A DNA stretch of 62,837 bases, counting the filler, from Candidatus Tectimicrobiota bacterium (GTDB lineage Bacteria > JACPSX01): assembly GCA_016193065.1 (NCBI GenBank). It is 6 parts of 6 records of this genome, joined end to end, with 100 filler letters (N's around TTAATTAATTAA, not from the genome) between each part and the next. Parts side by side here need not be neighbours in the genome. Positions count along the whole stretch, not along the records: positions 51,044 to 62,837 come from JACPSX010000177.1; 5 more parts are not named here. One strand, 5' to 3'. The position numbers and the translations under genes were made by a program. Under the pieces are notes generated by a model, which saw only the letters and a program-made list of their open reading frames with translations, was not told where the DNA came from and searched no databases. Shown one piece after another: positions 58,008 through 62,837 of this stretch (position 1 is its first letter; each line of letters opens with the position of its first letter).

Positions 58008-59446
58008 TGCTCCCTACCCGACCTTGCCTCAACGGTCGATCTTGCGGCCGGCCGCATGTGGTATAGGTTGTAGGCAAACACCAGATGCCCCAGGATCATG
58101 AGCATCCCGCCCACGGCTCTCCACAACCAGTGGGGAGCCATGGCCACCACGGATTCCAGGAACGGCTTTTGTGCCGACCATAAGAGCCCTTGGAGCGTTC
58201 CTCCGACTGAAAGAGATGCCACGTAGATGGCCATCCCCACGGTGGACATCCAGAAGTGAACACCCACCGCTTTTACCGGAGGTTCCTTGCCTGTCAAGCG
58301 GGGAAGAAGCCCGTAAATTCCTCCCCAGATCAGGAAAGCCACAAAGCCGTACATGGTGAAGTGAGCGTGTCCCACGGTGAAGTTTGTGAAGTGCCAGGTG
58401 AGATTGGCTGTACGGAATGCTTCCAGAGTTCCCTGGGTGGAAGCCAGCCCATAAGAAATCACGCCCACCAGGATAAAGGGGAGTGAGTAACTGCGGCGGA
58501 TCAGTCCGCCGATCCCCTTCATGGTTAAGAGAAAGTTTCCCGTGCCGGCCCATACGGGCACCATCATCCCCACGCTGAACACGATGGCAATGGTCTGGAG
58601 GAGCCAAGGAATGGGGCTGAAGATGAAGTGGTGTGTGCCAATGATCGTGTAAAAGACCAGTTGCGTCCAGAAGCCCAGGACCCCAAGCGCGTAGGAATAG
58701 ATGGGTCGATTCAGGAACAGCGGAAGAAAGTAGTAGGTCAGGCCGACGACTGTCGGGGTAAACCACATCCCCACCCCCTGGTGCATGTAGTAACCTTGAA
58801 TGATGGTTTGCCCCAAACCGCGCTGGTACCAGGGGAGATAAGCAATCGTGGCCAGAACCAGCGTCCACAGGAAGGCGGAGAGGATGTACCAGTTGGAGAT
58901 ATAAATTTCCTTCATCTTGCGGCGCGCAATCGTGTTGTAGAAGTTGATTACGTGCAAGAGCAAGCTGGCCGCAAATAACAGGGCCAGGGGCCAGACGTAC
59001 TCCCGGTATTCCTGATTGCCGTTGTTGATCCCGCTGGCCAGAGCCAGGGTTCCCATCAGGACCATCACGTTCCAGAGCCAGAGAGCTATCTTCGCCAGCT
59101 TCACGCTGTACAGTTCGGTCTTGGATGCCCTGGGTACCGCGTAGAGGGCCAGGCCCATCATGGCCAGAGAAGTCCACCCCCAGAAGACTGTGTTGGTGTG
59201 AATGGCCCGCAGCCGTCCGAAGGAGAGGAAAGGAAGGTCAAGGAAATCCGGGAAACGGAACTTGAGAGCCACAATCCCGCCGGCCAGGGTGCCCACCACG
59301 AGCCAGAAGGCGGCCCAGCCGAGATACTGGAAGAGAATCCGGGTGAGGACAGGGTCCTCCCGTGCCGAGGTCTCTGTGATCAACCGGGCGACGGATTGTT
59401 TGTAGAGGTCTGCTTCCGGAGCGCGTCTGACGGTTTGCCTGGCCAA
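58004..59446 (-). CDS. ccoN: cbb3-type (C-family) heme-copper oxidase subunit I-like
   Basis: FGRLRAIHTN, EYRE, IYISNWY, YMHQGVG, YTIIGTHH, VGHAH. Confidence 0.85.
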   Translation of the reverse strand: MARQTVRRAPEADLYKQSVARLITETSAREDPVLTRILFQYLGWAAFWLVVGTLAGGIVALKFRFPDFLDLPFLSFGRLRAIHTNTVFWGWTSLAMMGLALYAVPRASKTELYSVKLAKIALWLWNVMVLMGTLALASGINNGNQEYREYVWPLALLFAASLLLHVINFYNTIARRKMKEIYISNWYILSAFLWTLVLATIAYLPWYQRGLGQTIIQGYYMHQGVGMWFTPTVVGLTYYFLPLFLNRPIYSYALGVLGFWTQLVFYTIIGTHHFIFSPIPWLLQTIAIVFSVGMMVPVWAGTGNFLLTMKGIGGLIRRSYSLPFILVGVISYGLASTQGTLEAFRTANLTWHFTNFTVGHAHFTMYGFVAFLIWGGIYGLLPRLTGKEPPVKAVGVHFWMSTVGMAIYVASLSVGGTLQGLLWSAQKPFLESVVAMAPHWLWRAVGGMLMILGHLVFAYNLYHMRPAARSTVEARSGREQ

Positions 59447-59536
59447 TCTTGATTTCCCTTCCTGAACTTCTTGCCCCTTACGGGTCCTTCTTCAGGCTTG
59501 GCCATTGCTGAGTATATTCCTCAAGCCTCTTTGAGA

Positions 59537-60127
59537 CTACTTTAAAATCGCTGCCAATTGTTTCTTGGACTCTGCGCTGGTCCAGTCCCGGGAGCCTACA
59601 TGCTTGTACCGGATGATCCCCTTGCGGTCGATCAGTAAGGAGACCGGGATCCCGACGACGCGGTACATGCGGAGGACTGACATGTCGGGGTCGAGCAGTG
59701 CGGGAAACGTCAGTTTCAACTCCTGCATGAACTCCTGTACCGCCTTCTTTCCTCCGCGGTCAATGCTGACGGCCAGGATCTCCAGGCCGCGGCTCTGATG
59801 TTGTTCGTACGCCTTCTGCATCGTCGGCATCTCCGCCCGGCACGGAGGGCACCAGGTGGCCCAGAAGTTGAGAAACACCGCCTTCTTCCCGCGCAGGTCC
59901 GAGAGTCGTATGATCCGCCCCTCCAGATCCGACAGAGCAAAATCCGGAGCCAAGTATCCCACCTCCGGACGGACCTCGGGAGCAGCACTCTTCCTGGTAG
60001 AGTAGATGTACCACACTCCCAGGGCCACCACCAGCAGAAGGGCTGCACCAGCTTTCCAGGAAAACCACCGCCACTTGCGCGGCATCGGCCCGCTTTGCAA
60101 GCCGCCGGGGTCGGCGACCTCTTCCAT
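59537..60127 (-). CDS. TlpA/ResA-like thiol-disulfide oxidoreductase
   Basis: TM anchor, APDFAL, NFWATWCPPCRAEMP. Confidence 0.9.
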   Translation of the reverse strand: MEEVADPGGLQSGPMPRKWRWFSWKAGAALLLVVALGVWYIYSTRKSAAPEVRPEVGYLAPDFALSDLEGRIIRLSDLRGKKAVFLNFWATWCPPCRAEMPTMQKAYEQHQSRGLEILAVSIDRGGKKAVQEFMQELKLTFPALLDPDMSVLRMYRVVGIPVSLLIDRKGIIRYKHVGSRDWTSAESKKQLAAILK

Positions 60128-60140
60128 GTCAGATTTCCCC

Positions 60141-60893
60141 TTAGGAGTTGCGGAGCCAGCGCGGAAGAAAGGCTGGTACCCGCCCTTTATATTCGACGAA
60201 GGCCTGGCCGAAAGCGGCGGCCAGATCCTGGTCCTCCTGTTGGGCCAATCGCACATACATCCCGATCAGGATCGGGGCCATCAGAAGCGTTGGTAGAGTC
60301 GGCCACTGGATGTTGAAGGCAAGGACGATGACGATCAGCCCGATATACTGGGGGTGACGGATTATTCCATAAATCCCCCGGGTCACCAACGTTTCTCGTC
60401 CATGAAAGACCGTGTACCACCCCAGGGTCACTAAGCCTGCGCCGATAGCAATGAGGCCGACGCTAACCACCATGACCAGGTAGACTCCCGCGGAAATAGG
60501 GAGAAGCCCCAAGCGGTCCAGGGCAAAAGCCCAGAGATGGCTTTCGTTCATCCCGAAGACCCACGGAGAGAGGCCGAGAAACGGTGCCAGGAGGTAGATG
60601 GTCAACGGAATCCCGAACATCTCGGCAAACAGGGAGATGAGGAAGGCCGTGTAGATTCCAGTGTTCCGCCACTCCGCGCGACGCCTGGGTCTGGAGAATC
60701 CGAGCAAGAAGAGGGTGAAGAGTGCCGTCGCGATCAGGACGGCCCGCCAGTTCCCGTACCAGAGAGCAAAAGGAGTATCGTTGGAGTCAGGCCCGCGCTC
60801 CACGGTCATCCAGAGAAACCAGAGGCTCAGGCCAATGACCGCTCCCACGATTCCCCGGAGTACGATCTGCCACTTTCTCAAAGCTCTTTGCAT
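60141..60893 (-). CDS. Isoprenylcysteine carboxyl methyltransferase-family membrane protein
   Basis: FAEMFGIPLTIY, LVTRGIY..IRHPQY, FG..F..Y...VPAF. Confidence 0.85.
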   Translation of the reverse strand: MQRALRKWQIVLRGIVGAVIGLSLWFLWMTVERGPDSNDTPFALWYGNWRAVLIATALFTLFLLGFSRPRRRAEWRNTGIYTAFLISLFAEMFGIPLTIYLLAPFLGLSPWVFGMNESHLWAFALDRLGLLPISAGVYLVMVVSVGLIAIGAGLVTLGWYTVFHGRETLVTRGIYGIIRHPQYIGLIVIVLAFNIQWPTLPTLLMAPILIGMYVRLAQQEDQDLAAAFGQAFVEYKGRVPAFLPRWLRNS

Positions 60894-60908
60894 CTGGCAC
60901 CTCTGCTC

Positions 60909-61523
60909 TCAAGCTGGACCCTTCGCCTGACGGAGCGCACGGACAATCGTCCCCACGTGCTCGCCGAATTGGCGGTCGATCTGGCGTTCTCGGATCCGAC
61001 CTTGCCGGTCAATCACGACGTAGCCCATATCGGCCATCTCCATTCCGGCTCCTTTCATCCCGTACTGGCGGATCACATTCATCTGTGGGTCCGAGAGGAT
61101 GGGGAAGGTGAGGCTAAGGTCAACAGCAAGTCTCCTGGCGTCCTCAGGATGGTCGATGCTAATGACCAGCACCGCTGCCCCCTCCTCTGTAAGTTCACGG
61201 ACCGTTTCTTGCAGCTTCCCGAGCTGCAGTCGGCAACTGTCTCATGTGTGGATCATGTAAAAGAGGAGGACGACCTCCTGCCTGTCGAGGTAGTCCTCCA
61301 GGGAAATTGTCCGGCCAGTAGAGGCCTGCAGGGTAAAGCGCGGAGCCTGTTCGAACTTCGCAGCCGTTCTATTCTGCAGCCAGGCAACCGCGCCGCCCCC
61401 TCCGACAATCAGTAACGCCAGGAGGACGCCAACAGTCCACTTCTTCCGCCGCCGCATTGAAGGATCCGGCTCCGAGGCACTTCTCTCACGTTGATCGAGT
61501 TTCTTTCTCCTCTTTCTTCCCAT
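60909..61523 (-). CDS. Membrane-anchored AhpC/TSA (peroxiredoxin-like) selenoprotein, UxxC, 204 aa
   Basis: In-frame TGA at 61242-61244 reading HT-U-DSC; APRFTL before it and VISID, FPILSD, VIDRQG after it. Confidence 0.85.
61210..61228 (-). promoter_or_regulatory. Bacterial SECIS-like hairpin
   Basis: UGCAGCU-CGGGA-AGCUGCA, 13 nt after the UGA. Confidence 0.7.
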
Positions 61524-61724
61524 AGATGTAAATCTCCCCCCAGAGCTATCGAGCCCTTCCTGGAACTTGCCGGGTTCAAAGACGGACCGCTACACGGTCC
61601 TCGCTATGTTCCGGAAGCAACCAAACGACGCAATGTCTCCTCTACCTCGCTCCGGGCCACGGGCCCGAAGAACCCGGCGCAGACGTGTCCGGTTCTGGAT
61701 TTCGCCAGCGTCCCGGGGACCGCC

Positions 61725-62243
61725 TCACTTCTTCTCCTCTCGCTTGTCTTCCGGGCTCCCATGCTGCGCCATCTTGGACATAGAGCGCATCATGAAATAC
61801 ATCCCGAGGGGGCAGGCGAGGAGGGCCAGCGCGGGGAGGAAGGCCCCAGCCGCCCCGAGCACGGCACTGCCGCCGCCCAGCAGGAAGACGAGGGCGAGAA
61901 GTGGGGCGCCCCAGCAGAGCCCCTTTCCGAGGTACGCCTTCCAGCCCCGCCGCTTCGGGGCCGCGTCCGCTGGCGCCTCGGCCGAGCTGACTTCGGTCGG
62001 CGCCTGAAGCGCCCGCGCGGCCGCTGCCTGGACTCGGGCCTCGCGGACGTTCCGGACGAACTCCTCCGCGTGGCCATCGGAACAGAATACCTCGCCGAAG
62101 CGCTCGATAGTGAGGCCATAGGCGTTTGTATCCGCGCCGCAGAACGCACAGTAGCGTTCCGCAAGCTTCTCGAATCGCGTCCCTTTTCCGTCTTCGGGGA
62201 GCGCGACGTCCGGTGCCGTCTCTTTCTGCTGCTGTTCTGTCAT
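61725..62243 (-). CDS. DUF2933 membrane protein with N-terminal Cys/His metal-binding motif
   Basis: CAFCG...FCSDGH; LLACPLGMYFMM. Confidence 0.75.
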   Translation of the reverse strand: MTEQQQKETAPDVALPEDGKGTRFEKLAERYCAFCGADTNAYGLTIERFGEVFCSDGHAEEFVRNVREARVQAAAARALQAPTEVSSAEAPADAAPKRRGWKAYLGKGLCWGAPLLALVFLLGGGSAVLGAAGAFLPALALLACPLGMYFMMRSMSKMAQHGSPEDKREEKK

Positions 62244-62271
62244 ATTCCTTCCTCCTGTTCCAGGCGATGCC

Positions 62272-62837
62272 TCAGAGCGCCCAATAAGTCAGGGTGTCAT
62301 TGATTCCCGCCAGAACGAAGATCACCCCGGAAATCCTAGTGATCATCGGGCCGGCACGCTTGAGATGCTCGACAAGACCTCCCGCCGCTCCGCTCCCGAC
62401 TGCAAGGAGGCCCGCGTACACCACGAGGGGGAGTGTGGTCCCTACGGCGAAGAGCCCGGGGAACACCAGACCCGCGGTGCTCCTGAGCGCGAGCGGAATC
62501 ATCAGGCCGAAGAAGAGCCAGAAGAGAGTCGGGCAGAAGGTAAACGAAAACGACACTCCAAGAAGGAATGCCCCCCACGCTCCCTTGCGGGGGAGCCGCG
62601 CCCGAAGCCACGCCGAGACGACTCTACCCACCGAACCGCGGAGGCGTAGGACGCCCAGCAGGCCGAGCCCGATCACGATCATCAGCGGGCCCAGCGCCTT
62701 CCGCGCCGCGATCACCACCGGGACTACCGCGCTCTGGAGTTGGAGACCCAGCAGGATCACGGCGCCGCCCACCGTCATGTACACTAGGACTTTTCCGGAG
62801 ATATAGGCCAGCGCCTCCCGCAGAGGCCGCCCCTCCC
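62272..62837 (-). CDS. CcdA/DsbD-like or TauE/SafE membrane protein (5'-truncated by window edge)
   Basis: GAFLLG.SFSFTFCPT, FAVGTTLP. Confidence 0.7.
   Translation of the reverse strand, partial: EGRPLREALAYISGKVLVYMTVGGAVILLGLQLQSAVVPVVIAARKALGPLMIVIGLGLLGVLRLRGSVGRVVSAWLRARLPRKGAWGAFLLGVSFSFTFCPTLFWLFFGLMIPLALRSTAGLVFPGLFAVGTTLPLVVYAGLLAVGSGAAGGLVEHLKRAGPMITRISGVIFVLAGINDTLTYWAL

Overview
The window is six separate assembly contigs joined by artificial 100-nt N-TTAATTAATTAA-N spacers (10558-10657, 21067-21166, 32064-32163, 43578-43677, 50944-51043), so gene adjacency across spacers means nothing. The source looks like a GC-rich diderm bacterium, probably a MAG; its taxonomy cannot be established here. 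Contig 1: vapBC, hicB with a truncated hicA, a porin, envelope proteins, glycerate kinase, ubiE/menG, tRNA-Thr and tRNA-Phe. Contig 2: cpoB-argH-lipoprotein-lysA-dapA-dapB, amtB, a TM0106-type nuclease, an HNH nuclease and a TPR protein. Contig 3: a MocR regulator, an internally deleted pdxS and pdxT, then an accessory, integron-cassette-like gene array. That array holds the most striking gene: a TIR domain fused to a catalytically stripped fragment of RNA polymerase beta-prime (Zn-II site plus jaw), a candidate decoy anti-phage sensor. Contig 4: Liv-type ABC transporter, nfnAB, an AhbD-like radical SAM enzyme and heme proteins. Contig 5: a heavy-metal locus with a candidate new selenoprotein (BNR propeller, CxU, with a SECIS-like hairpin) behind a RAPP-type leader peptide. 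Contig 6: ABC permease, dipeptidase, integrase and IS remnants, PfpI, a cbb3-like oxidase, and a thiol-redox cluster with a UxxC peroxiredoxin selenoprotein. All calls come from reading motifs by eye; no database searches were run.
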